53,433 nucleotides of DNA, taken from NCBI GenBank assembly GCA_002104905.1, contig MCFE01000608.1, positions 1-53,433 on the forward strand, read 5' to 3'. Below, one piece after another: positions 11,050 through 23,007 of the stretch. Source of the DNA: Basidiobolus meristosporus CBS 931.73. Taxonomy: Eukaryota; Fungi; Basidiobolomycota. The position numbers were made by a program, and so were the translations under genes. Position 1 is the stretch's first letter, and every line of letters begins with the position of its first letter. The notes under the pieces were generated by a model, which worked only from the letters and a program-made list of their open reading frames with translations, did no database searches and was not told where the DNA came from.

Positions 11050-11900
11050 GTTGTAAGAGTCTTGGCAATATCAAAAGTGATTGGGACGGATAAGCAGACT
11101 GTGTGATTATTCACACTTGATCAATTGCTGAATGTGTGATGAGTATAAAATACTACTTTTACTATGGTTTTGGCAAATAACAAGCCAGTAAAGTATAGTC
11201 TCAAGAAGGCCCCAAAGAGCATGTGTGCAAGCTTGGGCTGTATGAGCAATGTGAGAAGTTGGGTTTTTTAGGCACCTGATATTTTTGGTGAAAATATCAT
11301 TAGTAAATCCTAACAAGGAATTTGGTTGGAATTCTTTGAGATCTGTAGACCTATGAGCTAAGTGACTATTTTAGGTTTATGTTTGTAACCAATTACTATA
11401 TTTGTAACACCTAAGAGCATAGGTGTAAAGTTTGGGACTGTTTGGTTAACTTTAGAGAAGCTTCATGTCCTAAGTACCTGATGTTTTGGTGAAATTATTT
11501 CAGGTAAATCTTGGCAAGGAGTTTGGTCAAGAGTTTTCTAAGATCTGTAGACTATAATCTAAGTGAATGTGTAATGTGAATATCTTGGTGTAAATACAAT
11601 ATTTGTAACAATTGGTAGAACTAAGTAGATTGTGTGGTTTTCATTCAATGAATTAGCAATGTAAAAGTGATATTTTCACTTTAGCATGGTCTTGGCAAAA
11701 CAAACATATAGAACATGCCTATGATGACTCCATGTAGTCTATGTGCATAGTGTAGGTCTGTTTCAATTATTTTAAATTATTTGGTGTACTGGGTATCTGA
11801 TATTTTGGTTAAAATATTGCAAATATCCCTAGAAGAAATTTGGCCAGAATCCTCTAATATATGCTGACAATGAGCTAGGTGACCAAGTATGGTGAGTATT
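11050..11900 (+). repeat. Three tandem subunits of the dispersed AT-rich repeat family
   Basis: Recurrent (aag)ttt/cttggg(g)ctg, tacctgat.tttt.ggtgaa and gatctgtagac..(t)gagctaagtga blocks. Boundaries approximate. Confidence 0.65.
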
Positions 11901-12339
11901 TAGGAGTAATTTTGAGATTTGCAACATATATTTAGGTAACAGTTCAATTTTTCATGTAGGGAATATGCACCTATGAATTTGACATTTCTTCATACAGGGA
12001 ACAATAGAGGATACCTAGGTGCACTCAACTTAATATTGCAATGATGAAATTTGTGCATTTACCTTCAGACAGTCATTGTCTAAAGGTAAATCTAAACATG
12101 TTTAGACAGAATTAGGGCTAGTTGATTTGAGTATTTAGTTATGTAAGAGTGTTTTAAGCTTTGTAATTGCACCTAAATATTCCCTTAACTTGATCACTTA
12201 CATCATGGTTTACAAATCTTAGAGTATTATGCTCAAATTCTTTGTAAGGGTTTATTCTGAATACTTCACCAAACCATTTGGTATCTCTAGGAATAAGAAG
12301 TCCCAAACTTAAGTTAAGACTCCCTAGCCTAGCACACAT

Positions 12340-12495
12340 TTTCTTGGTACCCTCCTGAGCAAAACTACCTGTTTATCTTGCCAAGACCATGTAAAGTACT
12401 AATACAACCTTAACATTTGATAAATCATCAAGTGAAAACCATGTAATCTATTTATTCTCTCTATCACTTGTGGTATCAGCAAAACTCTTACAACA
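12340..12495 (-). repeat. Fragment of the dispersed AT-rich repeat family
   Basis: gccaagaccatgtaaag...aagtgaaaaccat...aaaactcttacaaca matches 6070-6185. Confidence 0.6.
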
Positions 12496-12726
12496 CAAAC
12501 TAGCATTGAGGTGGTACATAACAGTCAGATGAATAGATCCAGAATTATTCAACATTGCAGTTGAAAATTCAAAACTCCTACTTTGAAAAAATACAGTTGA
12601 CATCAAAAGTCCACTTGCAGCATATATATACCATTGTCATGCATTACAGTATTTTATTGCAATAACTTATTGACTCATAATTTCATTGCATTAGTAAATT
12701 TTGCTGTATTACCCATGCCTCTTTCC

Positions 12727-13921
12727 TTATTGAAACGTGAGTGAATAAGGGCGCAGTGCACCCAAAATTTTGCCAACGAAGTCAAACTCATCCTTGGAGT
12801 TTTCCAAAAGCATCTCTGCCCTTGACTCGCCAAGCAACCTACCTGTCAACGCAGAATGCAGTACAGAAAACCTAGACGCTGTAACATGTGCAGTTTAGTG
12901 TGGTGCTTAGGGAAAAGTGTTAGAGGAAAGATAGGTACCTAGAATTTTCTTCCCATCAGGAATGGCACTATAATACAGCTCTTTCAAGCAAATATTTGCC
13001 TCAGCCGATATGCAGCCAATAGATAGCAACAGTAAATCAATGTGAAGCAATTGACCTATAGAATCCCTTCTCCACACGGAAAGCAGCTGGTCACGCACTA
13101 TCTTAGTGATTGGCGGAAATTGACTGGCACATAGCTGCTGGATCCACCGAAGAAGTAAACCGGCCACCTCCTCTCGAAATGTATCCCTGCCTGAACGAAT
13201 CGTGATGTGCTGGGAGCAGGATGCTAGACTACTGCCAATCCTGATCAACCGCTCAATATTTGTGGATAGCTCAACTACTGCTCTTCCCTATCGTTGGTCA
13301 GTGAAAACCACGCTGTAAAAGTCTAGAATAAGGACGGTACCTGACTCTGGGCAAGGGTAACTGTCTTCAGTGCCGCTTCCTTTGTACAACCAGTGGCCTG
13401 TTGAAGCTGACTAATAGTCGAACTTAGATCCCCCGCTTGGCCCATCCAAAGAACACAGGCGAAGACAGTTTGTTCGACCTCTTTGTGAGATATATATGAG
13501 CCGGCCACTAAGGACTCCTCTCTAATGCTACGTGATTCCAAGGTTTGTTGTGACCATCGGGGAGGGGAGGAAAGATATGTTTCGAGAATAAACTTAAAAA
13601 CTGTGGCAATGGTCTCTTTTATAGCGGCTGATAGGTCTTCTGGCAGTGCTTCCAACGCAAGTGTCCTAGTATGTCTTGGTAGGTAATTTTGTCTAGTTCT
13701 TTTGCTCCACTACTATAGAATTACCTGTCTTCGATTGTGTCTTTGGGACAGAGTAATTCCTGGTACTCATCGCGATTATTGGTTACTGAAGTCAGAAAAG
13801 CCAGTAATAGCTCAGCTTCCACTGAAGCTGTTAGGAGATACTTATGATAATGAGGTGCTTGGTGCAAGTATTGGGAAAGAGCAATATTTTTCTGCAACTT
13901 ATCAGTTATTAGAGAATCCAT
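12727..13921 (-). CDS. Ubr1 (N-recognin)-derived protein lacking the UBR box, 340 aa, 4 exons (13921-13725, 13665-13341, 13287-12939, 12878-12727)
   Basis: Three GT-AG introns (59, 53 and 60 nt) join into one open 1023-nt frame. Ubr1-like segments: LPEDL..IKETI..VF.FI....SSP, ClpS-like LQQATGCTKEAA...GRAVV, TIRSGRDTFREE, LKELY...KKILASRFS. Family call is from motif memory; BLAST/HHpred is needed. Confidence 0.75.
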
Positions 13922-15581
13922 GAATACCCTTGTGTCTAAATACACTAACTGTTAGCAACTGAAAAGTACTATCCTCCTTCTTATCCATTATATCTCTGCT
14001 GTCAGTATATCTCTACCCTAGGATCATTATACTTTATTTAGCAAAATCAAGCTCACCACTGGTACAAAGGTTGGCTAATTTTGTATCTCTCAGTACAACA
14101 AAATGACGTGGACAATGCTTATCAAATCAACCCCATGTTTCTAAATGTTTAGTTTATCATTTGATTTGATAGCTATACACTTGTTAGACATAATAATAAG
14201 TAGATTGACGGTAGAAATTATATTGAAGCAGTTTATACTATACATTTCTCTACATCAAATTTATTGTGTATTGCCTGCATATAAGAGGACTCTTTTTCTA
14301 GATGTATTGGAAAAAATGAAAACAAAACTGTGACATCAAATATCTTCTCATCACTAAGCCTCAGTAGGTTGGCAACATACTGTCTATGAATTGGGCAGCT
14401 TCATAACTAATGCACAACAACTAGTAGTGATTAAGAGTTTGATGCATAGATTTTGTAACCCAATGAAGAACACAGTCAACAGGCTTGTATATAATAAGAG
14501 CTTGTGAACTCCAGATTGCATGATAATACTCTTAGGACTTGATATCAATGTGCAAAGTAAATAATTTGATATCATCACAGTTTCAAAAAAGTACTTTACT
14601 TTGAATCCTAGGCAGGCCCATTCTTATGTTCTTTGTTCCTAGAAAGTATTCTCATTACCAATATAACACTTCGAGAGCAGTATCACACACTTCAAGAGCA
14701 GTAACCATGAGCAGACATATACACATGTATTAAGGGAAATCTTGCTTGAAATCAGCAAATTAGAAGGGTACAGGATTGCAAACTTCACAGCATTATATCA
14801 TGGTTATGATCAAAGTCAAGAAACCTAATACAATACTAGTAAACCTGCAAATCTGCGGTTGGTGAGATTGCAGCCAGCATGAGGCTTGTCTTATATAGCA
14901 GCTTCAATCTTATACAATTGGTTGTAGATTTTGCTGATGCTGACGAAACAATATAGAATGAAGTCGGGTATTTTGAGTGGCTATGAATTATGCGAATTGA
15001 CTCTCAGAGTCAGAAATTGAAATGACTGGTTGCGGCATTGTCTCATTCCTGGCGAATCAGTAGAGAAACGATATCGAGCATTTTTGTGGCTGTGCGATTG
15101 ATCGATTGATTTCGAGTGGACTCTTTAAAAGGTATTTGCGGGGATATGCAGGTTGATGAATGGCCAGAATGTACATCGAACACATGATCCATATCTGGTT
15201 CAATTTGAAACACAGCTAATGCAGTCATCATCTTTTACTAGACAAACGAAGCGCTCCAGTCATGTGATGCATCAATATATCTTCCCATAAATGCTCACTG
15301 ATCTACACTACTAAGGTATTTTCTCCCCTTGGCACTAGACTCGGAGGTTTCCGTTTGTAGTTTCAACAGAACAGATATGCATAGATGGAAACAGCACGAA
15401 ATCAATGGTTCAATCAAGCAGCACTTTCTCCAAGATAGGCAATGCAGTAATGAGTGTGTCAAGTGTGTATATGGGGCTTATTTTCCCATCATACAGAATA
15501 GCCCGATATCCATCGGTTCCCAAGTCCATATATTAGCCACCATTCTATTTGGACAGGTTAGAATTTATGACAACTCCTATC

Positions 15582-16330
15582 CTAGCATGCAATACCCGAG
15601 CTGAACAGATCATGCTCAGCCTTGCGTCTTCTAACTAGCCCTGGAAGCACCCTACCACCTCCGTACACCCATAGCCCAAACTCTGCCTCTGCAGCGTTAT
15701 TGTTTTCTTGGTTGATTAGCCTGCGCATGTTGGAGTTGCGGAGACCCCCCACACCCGACATTGAACGAGAACGATACCAATGAAGAACTCTGTTTGAGGT
15801 GATAGGGACCAATATGAGCTCACTGACACATTCCTCGAACTCGGCCATATCTCGTCGCAGCAAATCCTCACCTCGAGCAACAAAAAGAGGTGGATAGATA
15901 TTGGCACAATGGGTGGGGTCCGAATGGCAAGTATGGCCATAGCCAATGGTCCTGATGCCCGCTGGGCCAATGTAGAAGTTGGGGAACCAACCCTCAATGC
16001 TTTGCACCAAGTCTAAGTCCGCTTGGTTGATGTGACCACTTCTATCACCTCCATTCCTCCCACTGCCCCCGTTCCGGTCTCGATGTATTTGTCAAACACT
16101 CAGTTCCCACTGGTCAGCTAGTCCTAAATATCATAGCCATTCACGAACTCTCCAGTTCCTTGGCATTGAATGCTAACCCAGTCTCCTTGTTCAGTGTTCC
16201 TACCTGCAGGTAGCCTGTTCCTGCGCCTGAGCGGACTCTCCCTCCGTCATCGCGGATCGGGAATGCGTTCCCATCTGCCTCAGAACACCTTGGCACGCCA
16301 AAAAAGATGGAAAGGCTGTACACGTAGAGG
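15582..16330 (-). pseudogene. SH3b-linker-GH24 (phage-lysozyme-like) muramidase pseudogene
   Basis: GH24: INQADLDLVQSIEGW..FYIGPAGIRTIGYGH...LPGLVRRRKAEHDLF. SH3b: FPI....RVRSGAGTGY.QVGTL and, after a shift, CQGTGEFVNGYDI*D*LTSGN*VFDKYIETG with three stops. The 5' boundary is uncertain. Confidence 0.85.
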
Positions 16331-18380
16331 GCAGTGCTGGATCGTGAGTGAACGAATACATGGTATCCAATGCTCCACGACTGGGGAGAATAGCACCCTG
16401 TGATATGGCACAGCTTAACCGAGCGGGGCTTTCCGAAACCATGCACGCTAGTTTATGTTAATGCGGCTCCAGAAGGACACGCATTACAGCATCTCATCAG
16501 TATTTACAAACGAGGCAAAGCTTTAGGCACAAACCCAAATCCAGGACTTCTTTGCACGTCGTACTTGGCTGATTGAACATGGAGCGCAAATGCTTCAACA
16601 CCCTACAGTATTGGACCTAATCTTGCTTCCTATATTGCAGCGCATCCATCTCTGAACGCTTGTGATTACATTGACCGACTTGCCATTGAACGGAACTAGT
16701 GCTTTCACCATGCATGAAAACTAGGTTGGATCTCCATGTTACTGCAGCTTTCCACATGCACGAAAACCATATTGGATGCGAAGTACGAAATTTGCGATCA
16801 TGAATCAGCAAACTGTATCAGTTATACAACCCTTTGTTAAGTATCCTACTATCTTGGAATGGCTGTTCATAGATATGTGATTCCACACAAACCAACAACA
16901 CTTCCAACATTTTCCGTGTGATCCAATATATACCGCTCTATTATGTAATCTTCATCATCATCTTTGGTTGCAATTTCTCCAATCGCTTTCCACACCTGAA
17001 TACCTATCATGGGTCGAGTACGATCGATCTTGCTTCATTCTACTTCCCGATAAACACCCATTTAGTCAAGAGATACGAGCGCTGACGTCCACTGAAGCAC
17101 TAGAAATGCTTTCTGTATGGCAAGTTGATCATATGTCACCACCCCATCCATAGATGCGATTGGAGGAAACAGGAGAATGGATTTGTCTGCTGACAAAAAA
17201 CCTCGATAATGGGAAATTCATGATGTATATCTGGTCGTTTGACAATCATTATCTCTGGATTTCTATCCAATAACGAGATCTGGATCTGGGTAAAAATAGA
17301 TTCTGAACTAGTTACACATGAATCCCGATACGATTTCTGCTTGTCTCATTCAACTATAAGCCTCCCATTGCTCGAGTGAAATCTCCTCGACTTCCACTCT
17401 ATGTATCTCGGCTACAACCTGGTTGTGTTGCGACTACTGAGAGAACATCAGAATCTCCATACGTTTAAGGGGGTTTCTGGCGCTTCGGTATTGCTAACAA
17501 TATAGAAATTAAGCTATTTCAGGACCATGTTGCATTGTATATATCCTATTGCTCCTCCATTCACATTGTTCTAGTAGCATTCTGCGATAAGCATCAATTC
17601 ACTGGACATAGATTTGGTCATTAACCCGATTGGAGACCGCGACAACTCAATCCGGATTGCTTGTAACACACATCCTTGGTATTTTCAATATGTTACAGCA
17701 GCTCTCTGCTGATTCATGACGAGGCTGAAACGTACTGAAGGTAGCTTTATTAGAACGATAACAGATAGTCACTAGTGACTGGAGGGAAATCTGTTGGGTG
17801 ATCCAAATGATCCTCGGTACGGTGTACTACGGGTAAGTAATGTGTGTTATGGTTGAGTAGCGTAACTTCAATATTCCAACAGCCTCTCGCCTCACTTGGA
17901 GCTTATTTTACGCACTTTGCATCGTGAGAACTCCCCTATATTAAACATGATTCCTACATCTACCAAGAGATGCTAACGGATGGATAGAAACAGCGGAGGA
18001 TGGCTGCGATAACCCTAAATTGAGCATGTAGTCCATAGAGATGTGATGGTGCAAGTAGCAGTGTCTGTCAGTCGTAAGTCGAGGATACGTCACTTGACTC
18101 TGCCGGCCAACAAGATAAAGTTGGCAGGGAGGTGAGGGTACAAGACCAGTGATACTAGTGAGTGTATAAGTAACTGATGGCACAAGCAACCGATATAGTG
18201 ACAGGGCTGGCTTCTGAGGACAAATTTAGAGCACCAAGAGCCGATAGAGCTTGTCTTGAAGGATATATCTAGAGTGCCAAGAGCCGATATAGAGTTTCAA
18301 GGAGCACTAACTTCCATGAGGGTGTGACATGCGTTGAATTGCACCCTGGTAACTCTAAGTAAGCTGCAGAGTTAAATCTT

Positions 18381-18496
18381 ATTTTCTTCACTGACATATT
18401 TGGGGCCAGAGGCTGGGTTTTCTTCGATGACATATTTGGGACCAGAAGGCTGCAGGTTGCATTTTCTTCACTGACCTATTTGGAGCAGTAAGTTGC
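18381..18496. repeat. Minisatellite, three ~37-43 bp units
   Basis: ttttcttc..tgac.tatttgg units at 18381, 18418 and 18461. Confidence 0.75.
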
Positions 18497-18884
18497 GGCG
18501 CTGTTAGGAATGTAAATGCTACGGCCTATTTCGCCACTACAGCATGGTAGAAAGCAGACCAGAGCTCAAGATTACATGCATTACCCTTATAGTGCGCCAT
18601 CCGCCATCACCAACTACTTGCTCGGCTCTGTCAAAACAGACCGGTCTAGCTCAATTAAGAAGATCCGTTTAAAACCGGGCTGATCACGGGATTTTGGTTG
18701 TCAAACAACTTGATCGATTTGTTACCTTTACTGTTCCTTAGTAGATCCATACTACACTCACATACCTCAGGAATGACTGTATGGTGACACTCCTGCGTAA
18801 TGATTTCGGGCAATAGCTATCTGTGCCGGGACATAGGGCCAGTGGGGGGGGGAGTACAGAGAGGCATTGTAATTATCAATCTAT

Positions 18885-19450
18885 TTATCTAGCTCCTAGC
18901 TCGATCCCCTAGTATCACAGATCCCTGGTACCACCGACACTGTTTCAAAGGTATTTCAAGATGAAGTCCTTACTCCGGTAAGTCAGGTCCAAAAGCGTAC
19001 ATGTTCTCTTAAAAATATGCCTTCCATTGCTGTATACTACACTCATATCTCAGTAACTATGGTCTATGGGTAGACAGATGCGCCCAAGAAAACGCTCAAT
19101 CCGGAAGAAGAGTGTTTGACACCGTTATTCTGGAGATTGCCGACTTGATTCCTCATAGCTCATCTTATAATGGAAAGTGTGGAGCTTGGCTGGCATATCA
19201 ACGCATACACTGAAATATTACCGCACTTCTATTTCTCTCATCCAAAAAAGCTACATTGAAATGAATGTACAAACCTGCGGTGCTGTATGTGCTTGATATT
19301 GCTCTCAGTTTTCTTGCCACCAACGCAGTGATTGTAGCCTCGATTCGGGTCTATCATCTCAGCCCACCACTATGCCAATACTTAACCCACAGCTGATGCA
19401 CCGCTCTAGAGACATGAATAAATTGAATGTTCCAGCGTGAAAGTATGGCT
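18885..19450 (+). repeat. ~570-bp block duplicated at 31140-31710
   Basis: Colinear matches, e.g. gctcaatcc.gaagaagagt and tacttaacccacagctgatgca. Confidence 0.8.
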
Positions 19451-19459
19451 GATATACAT

Positions 19460-19580
19460 TAAGATTATGATTAGGAAGACCCCAACAATACGTGCGCAAA
19501 GTTTGGGGCTGTTTGGACAACTTTCAAATATTAATGACCTAGGAAACCGATATTTTGGCTAAATATTCTAAGTATCTCTC
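19460..19580 (+). repeat. Fragment of the dispersed AT-rich repeat family
   Basis: aagtttggggctgtttggacaactttcaaa...ttttggctaaatattctaagta. Confidence 0.6.
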
Positions 19581-21604
19581 AACAGGGAATATGGCCAGAG
19601 CTCTCTAAGTGTACAGAAAGCATAACTGCTACATGGTCACTAATAGTAATAGCGCAGATGGTAGATATCTTAATATAAGTGGCGTTGTAGTGGCATTGCA
19701 GTGACATCTCCAGTGTATATTTCCATGGGTAAAGTCTTATGAATGTATGCTGCGGATAAACTTCACCACTAGTCACTACTCTAATGAATGAAAAGTAACT
19801 AAACTTCTTATCCCACTTAGTCGTCGTAAAGAATACAACATATTTCAATTCCCAAGTGGGGCAGCAAAGTTGAGTACTGAGGTATCTGAGTAATATAGAG
19901 GTAAAGCAAAGGCATGGTAGTTGGCATTTGGGTAATTGAATTTGTCAAGTGATGGCACTTTGTATTTCTAGCACAAGTCAATGTGGGTAAACAGATTGTA
20001 AGATTCACTCTATATTGCACCTGGAAGTGTGGACCAGTAGGCGCTCAGCAGCAATTCACCAAATTTGCCATGCTCTTTCTAGGTACAATAACTGAGGCTG
20101 CTACAGCTGGGTCAAAGGAATGCGGATTCGAACTCACGTATCACCTTATCCTGATGGTGGCTTGGTGTTGTGGCATTATGCTAATGGCTGCTTCATGTGC
20201 CCTTTACTACTAAGTATAGTGGCTTCCCTCCTAAAGTGCTAAGTCTTAGGCCAAGCTTGGAGAAATGATCTAGAAATCGTGAATGGTTACAGTTGAGGCC
20301 AAATCTGCAACATTACCTGAGGAAACGAGTTTGACAACATATTGACTGACAATGATTAAATGAGTAATTGCACGGAAAATATAGGAATCACTATCCTTCT
20401 CAACATATTTTTCCATTGAATAGCGAGGCAAGGAGCGTAATCAACTTCGATTCTGAGGCCATAGCCCATTGCCAAAATTCATCAACGGAAAGTCCAACTC
20501 AAAGCCATTAGAACCATCACACATTTATAGTCTCTATGGCCCTGGCTGATGTCTTACCGTACTGGCTAAACACAACCGTGAGTATTTCCTTCTTGCCAGT
20601 CATTGGTGACAAGGATTTGCACCAATTAGCAACGAGTCTGTTCTTGTAATAAAAGGTTATATAATAAACCTGCCCAAAAGAATGACCGTGGTAGTCGGTG
20701 GCTGAGCTCTTAATCCAACGCTGTACTCCATCTGTGGCAGGGTGAAGTTAGCAATAGATAAGAGCATGTGTCTAGCAAGAAAGCATTGCTATCCAAGCTA
20801 TCGATTGTAGTGGCATAATTAAGTGAACAGTCACATTTGGCTTGTTTCTTGACAAATAACTAATTGAAAACGCGTATACTACAAGAAATTCCAAGGCAGC
20901 CTCAACTATCCCAAGCACTATCCACTCAATATCCCCAACTCTTGGCAAACAACTAATCAATTTATTCTCGCCTGTACTGTGCTGTACACCACATGACAGT
21001 CGTATTGTTCACCAACCAGCAACAACCCTAGGTTCTTCTAATAACAGGTTAATTAAATAAGCCTGCCCCAAAGCTTGACTGTGGTGGCTGCTCTCCAGTT
21101 GCGGCAGGGTAAGATCAGCAATATATATAAGCATGTGTATAGCAAGAAATCAACACTACCAAAGGACAATACCTTGCAGGCAATGATAGGACTATCGTAA
21201 GAGATACTTGCCTTAAAGATGGAACAAAGATACCAAGCTCACAGGACAAAGTACCATCCAGGAAAGCTACACTGATACAAAGGGAGAAAAACCCGTTGAA
21301 AATGAAAGACAACGACCTTGGAGTCTATCGACGGTAATCTTTAAGCTCATTAGTAAACAATTACCAAAGTCCTTACTAATACGGATAGCTATTGCAAAAA
21401 CTGAGAGAATTTTGAATGATATTAAGGATATCATTGACCAGATCGCCCTCATTCTTCACACTTTGAAGTACAACATATACAGTGTAGCCTTGTTACAAAG
21501 AGGTCAAGTAGTAAAGGTTAAATCAATCTAGCTCGCATAAAGCTAGTGCTATGAACGAAGCCTAATTGAGTGGGATCGAGGTGATATAAATCGGCAAAAT
21601 TCGC

Positions 21605-22150
21605 ATGAGGCTCTACCATCCAGTCATGCAGCTTTCCTTCCTCTTACTAGTTTCCGCCATCGCTTCGTTGCAAGCAATCTCCGCCACCCCACTCGGTGAC
21701 TCCCAGGTAGCCTTCACCAATGAGCCATGTGTCGAACAACAGGGTGCTTGTTATCAGGACACTTCAGCCCCCAGTCAAGAATACCAGCCGTCAACTGAGG
21801 AGGGTGATGATTCGGAGATGAGTGAGCCAATGCAAACAAGCGAGACTTCGGGTGAGCAGCCAGGATTCTCTGGATTGCAAGGGTTCGACATTTCCAATCT
21901 TCAACCATCCCAAGCCTTACTGGATGACATCAATGGCCATTCCTCCAGTAAAGCCAATGCCTTGTCCAACTCAAACCAGTTCGATCAGGCGCAAGTCATT
22001 GATCAAACCCTCTACCAGCCCAAGCAGCAACAGCCCCAAATCATCATCACTCAGACAGCAGCGCGTGCGCTTAGAGGAGGGTACAAGAAGTATAAGAGAT
22101 CTGCTCGTCGCCACTTCAAAATTAGATATTTTAGTGGAAACAGACATTAA
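21605..22150 (+). CDS. Secreted precursor: signal peptide, acidic spacer, cationic C-terminal peptide (181 aa)
   Basis: Hydrophobic MQLSFLLLVSAIASLQAISA; D/E/Q/S-rich middle; last 29 aa contain 11 K/R and no D/E; TATA (gatataaat) ~25 bp upstream; paralog at 35154. Confidence 0.8.
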   Translation: MRLYHPVMQLSFLLLVSAIASLQAISATPLGDSQVAFTNEPCVEQQGACYQDTSAPSQEYQPSTEEGDDSEMSEPMQTSETSGEQPGFSGLQGFDISNLQPSQALLDDINGHSSSKANALSNSNQFDQAQVIDQTLYQPKQQQPQIIITQTAARALRGGYKKYKRSARRHFKIRYFSGNRH

Positions 22151-22511
22151 GTCTAGTAAAAGCAAATTTAGGAAATAAAATGAGCAACATATTACTAGGT
22201 ATACTGATGATGTACAAGTACTCAAGAATTTGCTGATATGCACACGCAGAAATAGCGTCCCTTATCGTTGTAAATAATGGCATAGTTTGTATTGAAGAGA
22301 ATTGCGTGTGATAGAACCATATATATACAGAGGCTGTCATTCCAGCGCATGCGTTTTATATGTTACAAGTTTCCTCAAAGTCCATAACAGAATGTAAACC
22401 ATGCGCAACCTAATAAGACTCACTTTATGCCTTCGGTTTAATTTTATTATATAACCTCCCATGCTATATAGCGGCCTATGCAACAAACCTATTTCTCAGC
22501 CATTCTTCAGC

Positions 22512-23007
22512 ATGCGTTCTACTACCATAGCAGTGATTTGGCCTTGCCGCTCTTCAAGTTGCCGTTGCTGCCCCAATCGGCTGTTCTTCTCCATGCAGTC
22601 GCGAATATAAAAGGGTTCATTATCGCAGCTTACCTTGTGCACAGTAGGCAAACGATTGCCACCAAAACGCTCGAGTGTTACCTGTCGTTAAGCCGTCCAA
22701 TGTCCAATCCCCATTGTTGCGCCAGGTTTTCACCACGGTGACCAGAAAGCACGATAACCTGAACATTGCTAATGCCAACAGCAATAAAGGCTTCAATGCC
22801 AAGTATCAAGAAGGACCCAGTCTCGAACTGGAGGGTGGGGCCAACGCATCTGAATATGCCAAGCAAAAGGGAGCGGAGCACTCGGACGATAGTTCTTTCT
22901 CTCCCTACGCTCTGATGCAGCCCACCCAAGATGTACAATACACAACCCCTGTGGCAGAAATGCAATGCGTAGAAGATTGTTCAGAACGAAATGTTCAATA
23001 CAGTTAG
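22512..23007 (+). pseudogene. Secreted protein gene 2, disrupted copy
   Basis: Paralog of 36064-36444, with a 2-nt deletion in the signal-peptide region and an in-frame TAG. The C-terminal part is open (22675-23007). Confidence 0.7.
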
